A stretch of DNA of 64,000 nucleotides from Octopus sinensis. Taxonomy: Eukaryota. Both the position numbers and the translations under genes were made by a program. The notes under the pieces are model-generated. The model worked only from the letters and a program-made list of their open reading frames with translations. It ran no database searches and was not told where the DNA came from. Shown here in pieces: positions 25,281 to 38,669 of the stretch; the first letter of the stretch is position 1, and the number at the start of each line of letters is the position of its first letter. Location: contig NC_042998.1 of NCBI RefSeq assembly GCF_006345805.1, positions 41,478,001 to 41,542,000 on the forward strand, given 5' to 3'.

Positions 25281-27659
25281 GATACATATAAAATTTTGTA
25301 AACTGCACATTAATCACCAAACAAGAAAAGGGCAAAGTCCATTAAAACTTGGGTAGAATGCCTAGCAATATTTGTTCCATTTTTCAGTGCTATAGTTCAA
25401 ATCTCATGGAAATTACTTTGACTCATCATTCTACAATTAGTAAATGAAACACCAATCAAATACTGGTGTCAAATCTCTCTCTCTAAGCTTTGATGCACTG
25501 TAAATAACTTTAATTTTTAAAAAAAAGACTAGTTTTCCATCTTAATTTAAACTTAGCAAATATATTCTGTATGCATTTTTTTTTTTAAATTGTTAAAATT
25601 ATTTAATTAATATCAGTTTATATTTCGAAAATCGTTAACTCCTTTACATTATTTTATTGTGTGACAAACTAGCTTATTTCATGTATTTCGAAATTAAATT
25701 CTTATGATGAAATGTGAATATAGAAGTCAACCTCATGATCTGCACTTCCAAATTACAAAAAGCTGTTTCAAATGTCAGTATGCCAAATGAGCTGTATCTT
25801 CAAGGATTGATCACTTAGCAATAGCATACAATAAAATCTTATCATCTATTCTTTGATGTAATGCTTATGTACCATTACTTTTATTTATTGGTTTTAAGGA
25901 CATATATTATTGTACAGTGTATTTAACTGCTATAGCAGAGAAGAATAGATCAAAACTATTCTTGTGAGCATGTGTGCACTTGTGCTTAACTGTATATATT
26001 TGACAGCTTGCTTGATTATAAGAAATTTTCTTTTGACCATTAATTGAATTTTATGACTTTTAAACATTGAAATTTATAGAACATATTACAAAATATTTAT
26101 CTTGCTACTCGGTAAGAAATAGAAATCTAAAAGATTATTTATTGATCTTTCATAGATAAAGTAGTTATTTAGTTTCCTTTGATATCTATCTTTGCATGTC
26201 ATTTTTCTTACAAATATAAGACTTAAGCTTGCATTAAATTATGAAAAAAAAATGTCAGGTGTAATCAGTGATCTGTTGCTATTTTATTGAAGCTATTTCA
26301 AAGATAATTCATGTCATCTGAACTTTCATTAACTTACCCCTACCAAGGGAGCTGCCAAATATCTTAGAGATTAGAGTGGATTTGGAATTCTTGGAACAGT
26401 TTTTAGAATATGGAAACTATTAATTACTTAATAAGGTTGTTGTAATTTTCCTCTACATTTTATTAAAGTTGACTGTGAAATCAAAAGAGAGTTATAAAAG
26501 TCTCCTTGAATTTTGTTGTATAGTTTTATTTGCGTAATCTGTAGGCAGTGGGGTATGTTTGTTAAAAAAGATTTATGTTAATGTATTTGAGAAGGAAAAG
26601 TAAGATGTATATGTAGGTGAAATATAAGCATGTGTGTGCACGCGCGTACTCACACACACACACACACACACACTCTCTCTCTCACTCACTCATATATGTG
26701 TGTGTCATTCTATTTAATTTTGTATGTTGGTCTGTCACCTTTGCATTTACAAAAGAAAAGTTCTGGTATAAAATGGTGTAAACATTATTGGTTGCCAATA
26801 AAGAAGTGTTCAGTATGTCATTTTGACATGTCATTTTACTTCATAATAACCATCATCATCATCATATCTGTTTCTCCATGCTGATAAGGATTGTAGGTGT
26901 CTGTAATGCAGCAGCTTTCCATTCATGTTTATCCTGTATTATCGCATAATAATAACTCTTAAGTCTGAATGAGCACCTACTTTTCCCTCACCTCTCTTCT
27001 TTATCTGTGGCTATTAAAAGTAACTTTCACTACAAACCTATGATATGCTTTTTGCCCAGAACATATCATTGATTCGCATGACAAAGCCATACCTAACCAG
27101 TCATTTTCTTATCTTACATAATGTCTTTGATGTTCAGTCACTTTTTCAACTCAAACTTATTCTTCCTCATAAGTTAACATTTGTATATCTAACAATAATA
27201 ATCAACTCATTCTTCTGCCTAGATGCTTTCCATTTACATCTGTGCAGTATTTCGATTCATAAAGTACTTCATAAAGTGTGCCTTTCATGAAACTTTGTTG
27301 CTGCTAACAGTGATTATAGTCTTCCAAACTTATTCTATAACCCTTAAAACCTAACCACAATACTGTCATTAATTTTACTGCTATTTCTAAATTTCCTACA
27401 CAGAAGACATAAATTTACTGCTACAGCAAGCAAACTAGCCAAGCAGTCTATGGTCCTAAGATCATGGAAGCTGAGTGCTTTTACTGAACCTAAAATTTCA
27501 TAGTTTTTATATCCGTATTATATACTCTAATTTTGCACTGGTTATTGATATCCTACTTCTCTCTTACTAGCGTTCTGATGTCAGTGGTCTTTTTTAGCCT
27601 TTGTCATTAACTAGTATCTAAATCTTAGTGGTTTTCTATCCAGACGTTTTAACTCCTAC

Positions 27660-29900
27660 CTAACTTTCTATTTTATTTCTGCTGTATGCATATGCTTAAA
27701 TTATTTTCCCTGCCCCTAATATTTCTTTTTTTCTTTTCCACCTCATCATACAACTGATTATTTCACATGTTGGAAGCATTTTGAATATTTCTCTTCTTGC
27801 TAATAGGTTTTGCTTGGGTTAACATGGCAAAAAACCATCCATCTTCTCATAGCAATGTAGGTCACAACATTTAGTGCTGGTGTCTTCAGAATCATTTTGA
27901 AGAGGATTTCTCTGAGATATACTTGTGAAACACTCATTGTGACACATGGTTTTTTCCACTACTATTTCTCTTTTCTCTTTCAACAAATTCTGATGGAAGT
28001 CCTCATTTCAATTTACTTCAGATTCTTTATTTGATAACTAATCATATTTGTCAAGTGTATTATTGTATTAAATACTTTTTTACAAGCAGCTGAGTGAAAA
28101 GCTAGAAATAGATTTGTTTGGTTTTTCATCAGAAATGCAACTGTATTCCCATTTTGAAGTTGTCTTGATTGATATCTAATATCACGCACACATTGTAGAA
28201 GCATCTGTTGTACTGAATAACCTTTACAACAGGCTTATTTAAAGCAGTGTATGTTTGTAAAATATCCTACCCATCTCTTTTGCTTTACCATCTGTGTTCC
28301 AAACTAGTTTCTACATTTGCTTTCAGTTTGGGGTGGGGCTAGCAAGGTACAGATTCATGCATATTACTTCATGTACCTACATAATATGAGAGATATTAAA
28401 TATATTCCTTACGCAGACACATTCTTGTGAATAAACTTTGTGTGTGTAGGCATTTATAGAGTATGTGTGAGTTTTTTTTTAAATATAGAAACTTATGTAA
28501 ACAAGCATAAATTGGATGTACGAGTTATTGGTACCAGCCTTCCTTTTCACATATTGTACAGTTTCAGACAAGGAATCTAAGCATCAATTAATTCATCAAC
28601 AGCATTGTGTGTGTGTTTGGTTGAAGTACAATTTTGATAATTGAATACAAATAAAAGATACGCTAGTTGTTAATTTTGATAATTAAAAATCATTGAGGTC
28701 ACTTGGATAAGTTATTCTTACCAAAATAAATCTTTACCAGACCGGCACTGCTGTGTAGCTTTCAATAGAATGCTCTTCAAATATTTGCACATGAACAAGA
28801 TGATTATTTTAAGTTCAGATATTCCTCAGTTACTAATTAACTCCACTATCAACTAAAGTTACAATACAACTACTATTGATTTCAAAATATTCACTTGGAC
28901 TTTAAGTCCTGAAATTCCTTCACTGTAAAAAGATTTTTCAAAATTACATTGAAGGTGATAAAGGTTATTTATCAATTTACATATATGTACCATCATCATT
29001 CAGTTTTACATTCATTTTATTATACTGACATTCATTTGACAGGTTTGAGATTTACAAACAAAATCGCTCACATATCTGCACACACACACACTCGTATACA
29101 TTCAACAACTTCTGCTAGTATGCATATACACACTAGCTTTCCAAACCTTTTATTTCAGTTTTTACACTTTCACCTTGCAATAAATAACTGACTTTTATTC
29201 TTTGTTTCTGGTCAAATAACTATTCTGAAAGTCACAAAAGTGTCTTCATCTTGTTCTATGTTCCGTTGTGTTTAGTTTCTGTAATCTAATTTTATTTTGT
29301 AATTTGAAAGACAAAACAAAAATTTGTGCTGTGATATTTGTTTTCTGGTATACTATTTTTCTAAGCATATTTTATTTTTCTGCACATGCACATATCTCTC
29401 TCCTACCTCTACAACTTAATTTTACTTCCCAACCCCACTCGTACTATTGATTATGGATTAATATACCACAATTCACATGTTGGAAGCAATCGGAATATTT
29501 CCTTTCTTGCTAATAGGTTTTGCTTGGGTTAACATGGCAGTTGCTATCCATCTTCTCATAACAATTTAGGTCAGAGCTTTTAGTGCTGATGTCTTACAAA
29601 TCATTTTGAAGAGGATTTCTCTGCGATAACACTTGTAAAACACTATCATTATTACACTTGATATATATATTTTTTGCCATTTCTCATTTCTCTTTTGGCA
29701 AATTCTCACTCGAAATCCTCATTTCAGTTTACTTCAGATGCTTCTTATGATAAACAACCACATTTATCAAGTGTATTAAATACGTATTTTCGCAAGTACT
29801 TGTGGAAAGAAAAAATAGAAAATTGTTGATTTTTATAAAGAATACAACTATGTTCCAGTTTTGAGAGTTTCTTAAATGATATCGATATATTATTTTCTTT
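27660..29900 (+). repeat. Diverged direct duplication of about 500 bp (27660-28180 vs 29360-29890)
   Basis: Shared blocks such as TTCACATGTTGGAAGCA, CTTGCTAATAGGTTTTGCTTGGGTTAACATGGCA, ATCATTTTGAAGAGGATTTCTCTG, TCCTCATTTCA.TTTACTTCAGAT. Confidence 0.92.
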
Positions 29901-30314
29901 TGGATTGTATCTCCATACTATTCAATGGAGTATTTATTTACTCCATGCTACCTTTATAACTTAGAGCATAACTTTATTATATAGTGTCTATGATAAAGTT
30001 TTTACAATCAATCAAAGCCACACAAAAAGTTGCCCCGTTCAGATATCATTTCTAAACGATGCTAAAATTAGATTAAATTTCTCCTCAAAATCAAAACTTG
30101 CTGCTAAGAACTTTTGCCAACATTAAATAAATGTATGGTGACTTGCAAGAAGCTTATTTCAGTCACAAATCTGCCTCTTTCAGCTGCACAAAGGAAAGAG
30201 GGTCAACACATGTAATAGGTTATTAAATTGTCTCTCTATTAATTGTGGCTCAGATTTCATGAATGTCCTTAGATAACTTTACTTTAACACTATGTTCCAT
30301 TTAATTGTTTTTAA

Positions 30315-30536
30315 CCCTTTAGTATTTAAACTGGCCATATGAGGCCCAAATATTCTATCTGTTTTATGTTCACACCAACCAGATCCAGCTTCTCATACTT
30401 ACTCAGCAATGTCATTCTAAAAATAAAACAATCCCAACATGAGAATCTTGAAGCTATGAGATAATGCATTTTTTATTGAAAGCAATGTGAATAAAAAAGG
30501 CATTACTTTTGCCAGAGGAATCTGAATGCCAAAGGG
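30315..30536. mobile_element. piggyBac-type MITE, second family
   Basis: TTAA|CCCTTTAGTATT ... AATGCCAAAGGG|TTAA. Confidence 0.8.
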
Positions 30537-31349
30537 TTAAAGTATATAGAACTCTGAAAATATACAGTTTGTTAATTCTTTGTTTGTGTTTATATTTTAT
30601 ATCTTAGTTGAGCATTATAGACAGATAACTATAAGTACCAAACTATAAATAAGTAGGTGATTAGCTAAAATCTTTGGGGCAGTGCCCCAGCATGGTCACA
30701 GCCCAATGGCTGACACAAGTAAAAGAGTCAAAGTAAGAATACTATAAAATTATTAGGTTAATAAAACACACTCACACATGTCATATGTATACAGGACATT
30801 TCAGCTATTCAAGCCTTCCTTGCTGCTTTTTCATTACAGCATTGAACACATCTGTTTGCTTGCTTTACTTGACCTGATAATATATTCAACTTCTAAGTCA
30901 CTGTTGCTTAGTGGCAGAAAGGATCGAAACAATTGGTCCAACCAAAGTCATTCTGTCCTTTAATGAATAGCTGTAACATGTGTTCCTTTGGACATGTATG
31001 TTTGTGTGTGTTTGTAAGAGAGAGAGAGTGAGAGAGAATAAAGAGTGGAGGGGATCACTCTCAAGGATATATTTCCACCTATAAATCATCTTAGCATCAT
31101 AGTCAAGTGATGGTAGTGGTAGTAGCACAGCAGTGGTAATAAAAGTTGGCACAGCAGTGGTGATAAAAGTAGTGGAAACAGCACACCCTAGCCTTGAAAA
31201 CATCTGTTAAAAAATACAAAAAAAAGCATCAAAATATGATTGACAAGGAAACTGACCAATAGAAAGAGCTTTAGACAGTATGGATGTATGTGTTTGTATA
31301 TGTATACACAACTATTCACAATGTGTGTGTTGCCCCCCACCCCCCACCC

Positions 31350-31670
31350 CAATAATCTCAGGCTTTGTGCCTGTAGACTTTGCCTTTCATCCTTTCGAGG
31401 TCGATAAATTAAGTACCAGTTACACACTGGGGTCGATGTAATCGACTTAATCCCTTTGTCTGTCCTCGTTTGTCCCCTCTATGTTTGGCCCCTTGTGGGC
31501 AATAAAGAAACAAGAATGAATTACTATTCCGTGCTGAGTTGACTTTGCCTTTCATCCTTTCAAGATTGATAAATTAAGTACCAGTGAAACACTGGGGTTG
31601 ATGTAATTTATCAGATGCCTCCCCCACAGTTACAGGCTTTGTGCCTATAGTAGAAAGGATTATTATTATT
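31350..31670 (+). mobile_element. Cluster of two to three truncated Meta-type SINE pieces
   Basis: GACTTTGCCTTTCATCCTTTC..AAATTAAGTACCAG..CTGGGGT.GATGTAAT occurs twice; CAGGCTTTGTGCCT tail occurs twice. Confidence 0.8.
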
Positions 31671-31679
31671 GTTATTTAA

Positions 31680-32093
31680 AATAGTTTGATTTGGCTCCAT
31701 GCAACTTTAAGTTTTGAAGACTTCTTTCAGAAATCTATCTCACTCAGGCTCAGGTTACTGAATGGAGAAATTCAGGAAGTCCAAGATGACTACTGGAAAA
31801 TGGGCTGCCATTGGTCAAGATGGATCACATTTTGTTGTTAGAAGTGAAATCAGTATTTCAGCAACACCAGATGCATTAGAAAGAAGAGTTTCTTGGACTG
31901 TGGGGCTGGATAGGAAGCTGATGATGCCTTGGTGGCGCTGAAATGCAGATCTCACTTCTAATAACATCATGACCAAATAGCAGCCCATTTTCCTGTAGAC
32001 ATCTTGGACTTCCTGTATTTTTCTGTTTGGTAATCTGAGCCTGAACAAGCTAGTTCTCTGTAAGATGACTGCATGGAACCAAGTCAAACTATC
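31680..32093. mobile_element. Foldback/MITE with TTAA TSD and RR-starting TIRs (Kolobok-like)
   Basis: TIRs AATAGTTTGATTTGGCTCCATGCA / GATAGTTTGACTTGGTTCCATGCA (21/24); inverted similarity continues for most of each half; TTAA at 31676-79 and 32094-97. Confidence 0.65.
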
Positions 32094-32184
32094 TTAATAA
32101 CATGTGTAACTCCTACTTAATGTACTGAATACCTTTCTTGTTTATCCGCTTTGTATGTGTGCATACATATGTATGTTTGTATAT

Positions 32185-32390
32185 ATCAAAATGTAACTAC
32201 ATGTAGATCGTTGGCGATTTTTTTTCTTAACTTTCTTCTGTCTCATGTTTCTGAAGAAGAGCTTTGCTCGAAATATAAAACTACCTTTCTTTCCTTCCCT
32301 GAGCATCTATTAATATTTTGCATGTACCACGTCCTCACGTTGTTATTTGTTTCTTGTGTTTTTTCTTTGTCTTTTTTGGATTAACTATAT
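32185..32390 (+). mobile_element. Short hammerhead-bearing interspersed element (probable PLE derivative) between microsatellites
   Basis: About 200 bp of CpG-containing sequence around the hammerhead, bounded by (TATG/TG)n at left and (TA/TG/GA)n at right. Confidence 0.5.
32247..32281 (+). ncRNA. Minimal type I hammerhead ribozyme (dimer-type)
   Basis: GTTT|CTGAAGA|A|GAGC-TTT-GCTC|GAAA|TAT|A|AAAC: 4-bp stem I, 4-bp stem II, extra A after A9, palindromic loopless stem III ATAT, cleavage triplet AUA (after 32277). Confidence 0.7.
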
Positions 32391-32807
32391 GTATATACAT
32401 GTGTGTGTGTGAGAGAGAGAGAGACTTAGAATGAAAAAGTTATCTATAACAGAACTAAAGAATTTGCTTTACCTGCTATAAGTTTATTTTACTTTTCCTA
32501 ACATTCAGAGTTGATAATATCCTAGGAAGATGTTTTCACTGTGTTTTGTGAAGTCTGCATTACCTCCTTTGTTTCTTCCTTTTTATATGTGCTTGACAGT
32601 TCGATGCCCTTCTCACTACCAACCATTCCACAACATGTATTGAGTGTATTTTATCCTACTTCAGGCACTAAAGATAGGATAAACACAATTAAAAAATTGC
32701 CTATATCTTGTATGTTTTCTTATCTTTGCCACCCTTACTGTGGCTTGCAGGGTTCACATCTCCTTTCAATGATTAGAACAAAACTCTTTTTTAATTCCTC
32801 TTAGGCT

Positions 32808-33015
32808 TAAGGTGGTGATCTGGTTGAATCGCTAGCACACCAGGCAAAAGGTTTAGCAGCATTTCATCTGTCTTTACATTCTGAGGTCAACTTTGCCTTT
32901 TGTCCTTTTGGTGTCACTAAAATAAGTACCAGATAAGCACTGGGGGTCAATGTAATCGACTTACCCCTTGCCCTGAAATTGCTGGCCTTGTGCCAAAATT
33001 TGAAACCAATTACTA
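32808..33015 (+). mobile_element. Meta-type SINE
   Basis: AAGGTGGTGATCTGG..GAGGTCAACTTTGCCTTT..AAGTACCAG..CTGGGGGTCAATGTAATCGAC. Confidence 0.8.
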
Positions 33016-35393
33016 TTAGGTTTGTTAGTAATGTCAAACTTCCTATAGCCAAGAAGTTGAGAAATCATATCTGTCCATCATTTAATGGGAGTGGATATGC
33101 TTAATTACCAAGAGAGTATGCAAAAGGTAAGCTAAACGTGCCAGGCATAAAAACTGCCAGTTATATAGATAAGGTAAGGGGGTTAGAGAATTTGTTTTAG
33201 GTGTCTGGAAATGAGGTTGTGTGTGTGTGAATGCATACTCATACATTGGTAATTAGCAACGGTTTATTGCTCTACGCAGCACCAACACTCATTTATGACA
33301 AATATTTCATGAAACCTATCCACATTTGGAGATAACTGTCAATTATTTAAAACCTTGAAAAGTGGGATAATAAGCTCTGCTATGCTGCAGCAGTTAATAT
33401 GTGTGTATAGTGTAGGTGTGTTAATACCCAAACCAATTAAAAGATAAAAACCAATCTCAATCTTAAAATTTCTGATATTTAAAATCTGGCCTTAAATCTG
33501 ATGATATTGGATAAAATTTTAAGAGCAGAATGTTGACTTCTGTTTTACATCTTTGCCAGTAATAATGTCAGTTAAGCATTCTAATATGAAATTGCGAGGT
33601 TTTGCATGTGTATACCATATGTTAATTTGGGGATTTATATTTAAGTAGTCATTTTGCATGTATACATTGGCTTGTATAATCTGGCTATGCAAGTTATACC
33701 TAATGTAGATGTAGATGGGTGTGTGTGTGTGTGTTTCATCATTATTATCATCATCATTTTACTTGTGTTTTTCTATGCAGGAAGGGTGTAGCTTATCGCT
33801 TGTAATAATAATCTCATTTTGATTCTTTGAGCCTTCTTTATCACTAAGTTGATGAATTCACTTTGCACAATGAAGCTCACACAGGCTTTTTGGAAGTTAT
33901 TGAGACTATTTATGCTTCATTTGCAAGTTTCATGCACTACCGCCCCATCTCTCTCTCTCTCTTCCTCCTCCTTCCCTCTTTCTTTCCCTTATAATTTTAA
34001 TTTGTTTACTTTTATTATATAATATGTATTGAGATAGTTTTTAACAACAATCAATCAGTGTAGGGATTTTCCATGAAGATGATAACTTAAAGTTAAAAGC
34101 AATCTTGCTACATATTTTGAAGACTGTCGTTACATAATAGTTTAGGTATTTACTACTCTTCGTTTGTGCAGTGTTTTTAGCAAATGATGTAATCTTGATG
34201 TGCAAAAGTAAATATACTAGATTTTATTTCATGATCAAGTCTAGAGATGACTGAGATGTAATACATTTCTTTGAATGTTCATTTAGAAAGTTTTCTTTTT
34301 CAAGTGATTTCATTGGTTATTTCACTCTTGTTAGTTACTATTCATGTTTTAACCTTGTTTATATAATAACAAAGACCACGACTTCTCTGTTTTCATTAGT
34401 TTTACTCATTTGTTTTCTACTCTTCTCTATAAATATTTGTGCTATATTCCATTAGCTGCCTTAAACTTCCAATTAATTCAATGACTAATAATCTTTTAGA
34501 ATTAATTACAATTCACCGGATCTTACTACACTGAATGAATGCTAGTCTTTAGAATATCTGTTTTCATCAATTTCTCTTTTAATTCATTTGTAGATTTATT
34601 CCAGAGAGATGGTGCTTTCTTTTCAATTTATCTTTTAAAGAAGTAATGTTTTCAAAATTAATCAGGATCTTTTTTTTTTTAAAGTTTTCTATTTTTATTC
34701 TTAATCAAAATTTCACTGATTACTTTGGTTTTTGAGAAATGGTTTGATTTGTTTTTTCATTAGATATGCCCAAAATTGTCTGTATTGAAGCTTTAAAAAA
34801 ATGTTCAGTTTATTTATTTTTGTGTACTGCTCTGTATCACTTTGTACACACAATTGTTAAAACTGTTCAACTTAGCAACAACTCTTCTGTAGAAATATTG
34901 ACTCTGGAACAGACAGAATTGTTTGGCATTTTCCACACGGTGCAGTAGCTCTGATGCCAACGAGTTCTCTTTTTTCCTTTTTTTTTAACCCCATTTTTCC
35001 TTTATTAATGTTTTACTGTTGTATTAGTCATTGGTTCAGCTCTGATATTCATTATTCATTCTCCTCAACAGCCATCTAAACTGAAATATTTGCTGTTACT
35101 TTCAAACTTTACTTCCATTCCCTAGCTAAACTAAGACTATTTTCACTGTATATATATGACAGATTGCCTTTTAAAGAGAGTGTGAAATTTTTTTTTTAAA
35201 TCTTCCTACAATTACTAAGGAAAAAAGTTCAATTTTTTTTATTTTATTCAAGCTATACTAGAATTTTCATGATCAAAATCTTGCAAAGAAATATTTATAT
35301 TCATAGATATAATGATGATTTAGCTATATTTAACCAAACTAAATTATTGACGAAGGGGAGTATTGTGAGTGTGTGTGTGTATATATGCGTATT

Positions 35394-35424
<31 letters not shown>

Positions 35425-36488
35425 ATGTGCATGTGTGTGTGTGTATATATATATAGTATTCTTATTGATCATTTTAAAAGATGTCATCTTTATAATTTTT
35501 TTTTTATGTTCTTGTTCATTTGTTGTTGATGAAAGAATCATTTCCTTATACTCCCTTATCTTACTCCTTACACTGCTTTTATTTTGATTAAACTAAAAGG
35601 TCAGTTGGACATGTATGACTAGATTGATTGGCTTGTGGCATAAGGGTTCTTGTGGCTAGTGACTAAGTGCAGGAATGCTAAAGTAGAATAATTAATGAAG
35701 GTAAGAAGGAGGCAGTTGAAACAAATGTATTAAGAGACTATAAATGAGGCTAGAGGAGAGGTGTATAATGTATAAAAAGAAAGATATTTTAAAAAATTAA
35801 TGAAGGTAACTGGTTAGTAGGAAATAATGCATAAAAGAAGCAAATACTTGTTGGTAACTCCAGGTCTATACTAAGTGAGCAGACCTATGATCCAAAATAT
35901 TTCAGCTATAACCAGAACAGATATTTCTCTCTTTTCTAATGTATCTAGGACTACATTATTTAATGTATATTTCTTCCTTTAAAATGACAGGATATGGTTT
36001 GAGGATATTTGGCTGCTATTTCTAGCTGCGCATATGACCACAGAGGCTCTCTTTCAGATACTTGTTTCTTACTTAGGCAATGGGCCAACTGTTAAAGTAG
36101 AAGAATATTATTGATTTCATCCCAGTCAACTGTTAGAGTAGAGAAATGTTATTGATTTCATTAACTCTTAATATATTACTGGTACTTATCCTATCATTCT
36201 CAATGGATGATATTTTCAGACAAAAATATAAATAGCAAGAGTGAACAAGCCAGCTGCATATATCCTTTATCAATATATCAAATTTGATCACACAGGTTAT
36301 TAACCTTGATAACCAATACAAACACTCCCAAGAACTATAGGAGAAAGGATAAAATACTGAAGAGAATATTGTGTCATATGGAAATAAATAGTATGATGAG
36401 TACAAGAGCTTAATTTATAATTAAACACAATTTGTATCTAGAGATAAGCTACTTGTGTATTTGATAAATAAAATTAAGCCTTCATTTT

Positions 36489-36490
36489 TA

Positions 36491-36534
<44 letters not shown>
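36489..36534. repeat. (TTA)n microsatellite
   Basis: About 14 near-perfect ATT units. Confidence 0.95.
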
Positions 36535-36536
<2 letters not shown>

Positions 36537-37519
36537 TCCAAAGAAATATTTTGATATATTATGTGAGATGATAAAATAAGATTTATACTTCACTAATTGT
36601 ACATGTTGTTAGAATGATTATGGTTTTCATACTTTTTATTAATATATTTAGTTCTCAGCAAACTAAATTTAAAGTTTACTCTGAAATCATAATTTTTTTT
36701 TAATCTTTCATTATTCTTTCACTTTCCACCATTAAATACAGCATTCTCTCTAGTATTTTATTGTTAGTCATTTTTTGGTTTTATTAAGAAATAAATGACA
36801 TGAACTTGCGTCATTCTATTTAAAATAATGATAATAGTAACGAAATTATTGTATACACTGCTCTGGTGCACTACAATGCATCAGAAAAACTAGCCAAAAG
36901 TGCATGAATAGTACATAGAATAATGCACAGAAAGTTAACAAGGAATTCAAGAATTCAAAAAGGTGTCCAAGTCAGTTGCCAAATGTCAAAACTTTAATGT
37001 CTCTATGCACAGGAAAACAACATATTTAGAGCATGGTAGATACCTGATGGCAGGTATTCATCTGGTTGTATGTTTCTGAACAGTTTACAGGAGATTAATA
37101 TGCTGAGCAAGATAGGGGTTCCAGTCTGGTGGTGCAAACTCTAAATGTGGATGTACCATAGATTGAACTAGTTTGCTTAACGAATGTTGACTGGATAACC
37201 TAGAATAATTTATGTGAATATATTGGGTAAATATAAGAGACATCGGCTTTCTTGAAGAAGGTTATTGGTAAATGAACAATTTAGAAACAAAACTCTTTAA
37301 ATAAAATTTACATTTTAAATTAAATGTTAAGTGGCTTTCAGAGTAATCTGTTAAAATAAGCAAAGATCTTTTTTTTGCTTTTGTAAATCATAAGAGTTGA
37401 ACTAGTTAAAGTTCAAAATTGCTATAACTGTAGCTGTTTGAAATGAAAATTTTAGATTTTTTTTTTATACTCTTTCAAAATTATTGCTTGCAAATAATAA
37501 TAAAAATTATTATTATTAT

Positions 37520-38545
37520 ATGAAACCTCGTAGCTTATTTTGTTGAGTATGATGGAAAGTGTCAGCTGTCCACAGCCAGCAGACTAAGGTGATACTTGTT
37601 TACTGGTCATGCTTCAAGAACCTTGTGAAGAATTCTTCCAGTTCCAAGCAATGCTGATTTTTGTAGGTGTTCTACCTTCACACTTGCACCAATCTTTTTC
37701 AGCCATGTTGGTAGTTGAGTGCTGATACTTCCAAGTGCACCAATTACTATTGGTGTCACATCTACTCTCCTCATTGACCACAACCTTCATATTTCCCACT
37801 TCAAATCATCATAGTTGTTTATTTTTTCTTCTTTCACATTGATGCTGCTGTCACTGGGACATGCTATGTCGATTATCATACATGTTCTTTCTTTTTTTAT
37901 TCACCACAACAATGGGTTATTGCACTGGATCATTGCATCCCACAGGATTTTGCAATTCCCATTTTTGGGGACTCCTTCTGGAGTTTTCTCATGCCACGTC
38001 TTTGCTCTTTGTTGGCCATGGTTTCCACAGAGTTCCCAATGGATCATTCTTGCCACATTGTCATGGTATCTTTTGTATTCGTGTTGTGTCAATTTTGGCA
38101 TACCATGTGCCATACCATTTCACTGTATTGGTGTTCACATCTCCTGCAGATTGACCATACATTTTCTTTTCATTCCATACTTTTTTTTTATTCATTTCTT
38201 GTTTAAATTTTTCATTAGTTACACAATTTAGTGTTTTTTATATACCACCCTAGGCTGTTTTCCTCTGCTTTGATACAGTCCTGGCAACTGATTAAACCTC
38301 TCCCACCCTTTTTTCTGGACAAGTACAGCCTATCTGTCACTCTTAGGGTGAGAGGCTCTGTGTACTGTCAACATTTTTCTAGTTTTGGTATCCATTTTCT
38401 TCACTTCGCTCTTTTGCCATTTTATAGTTCTCATTCCATACCAAAGTGATGTTATTGCCCACGTATTAACTGCTTGGATTTTATTCCATCCAGTCAATTT
38501 TGAGCACAACACCCACTTCAGTCTTCAGAAATACTCCATCCTCAG
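37520..38545 (-). mobile_element. 5'-truncated R4/Dong-clade non-LTR retrotransposon (RLE type), degenerate
   Basis: Minus-strand peptides NKIQAVNTWAITSLWYG..W.KSEVKKMDTKTRKMLTVHRASHPKSD; EYKRYHDNVARMIHWELC..KILWD; IVVVNKKERTCMIIDIACPSD..LKWEI*RLWSM; VTPIVIGALGSIS..LQKSALLGTGRILHKVLEA* (stop 37607-37609); short 3' UTR then (TAA)n; TAA repeats on both flanks. Confidence 0.88.
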
Positions 38546-38551
38546 TTGCTC

Positions 38552-38577
38552 TATTATTATTGTTGTTGTTGTTATTA

Positions 38578-38641
<64 letters not shown>

Positions 38642-38669
38642 CATTATTATTATTATTACTACTACTACT
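38552..38669. repeat. Compound (TTA/TTG/CTA)n trinucleotide microsatellite abutting the exon-66-equivalent acceptor
   Basis: 118 bp of tat/tgt/tac repeats ending 10 nt before the exon start at 38680. Confidence 0.97.

Noticed and set aside
36355-36395. CTGAAGA...GAAA spacing (also 8333, 8476 minus, 53843)
   Set aside because: No G10.1-C11.1 closing pair, GAAA missing, or no stem I/III; chance matches.
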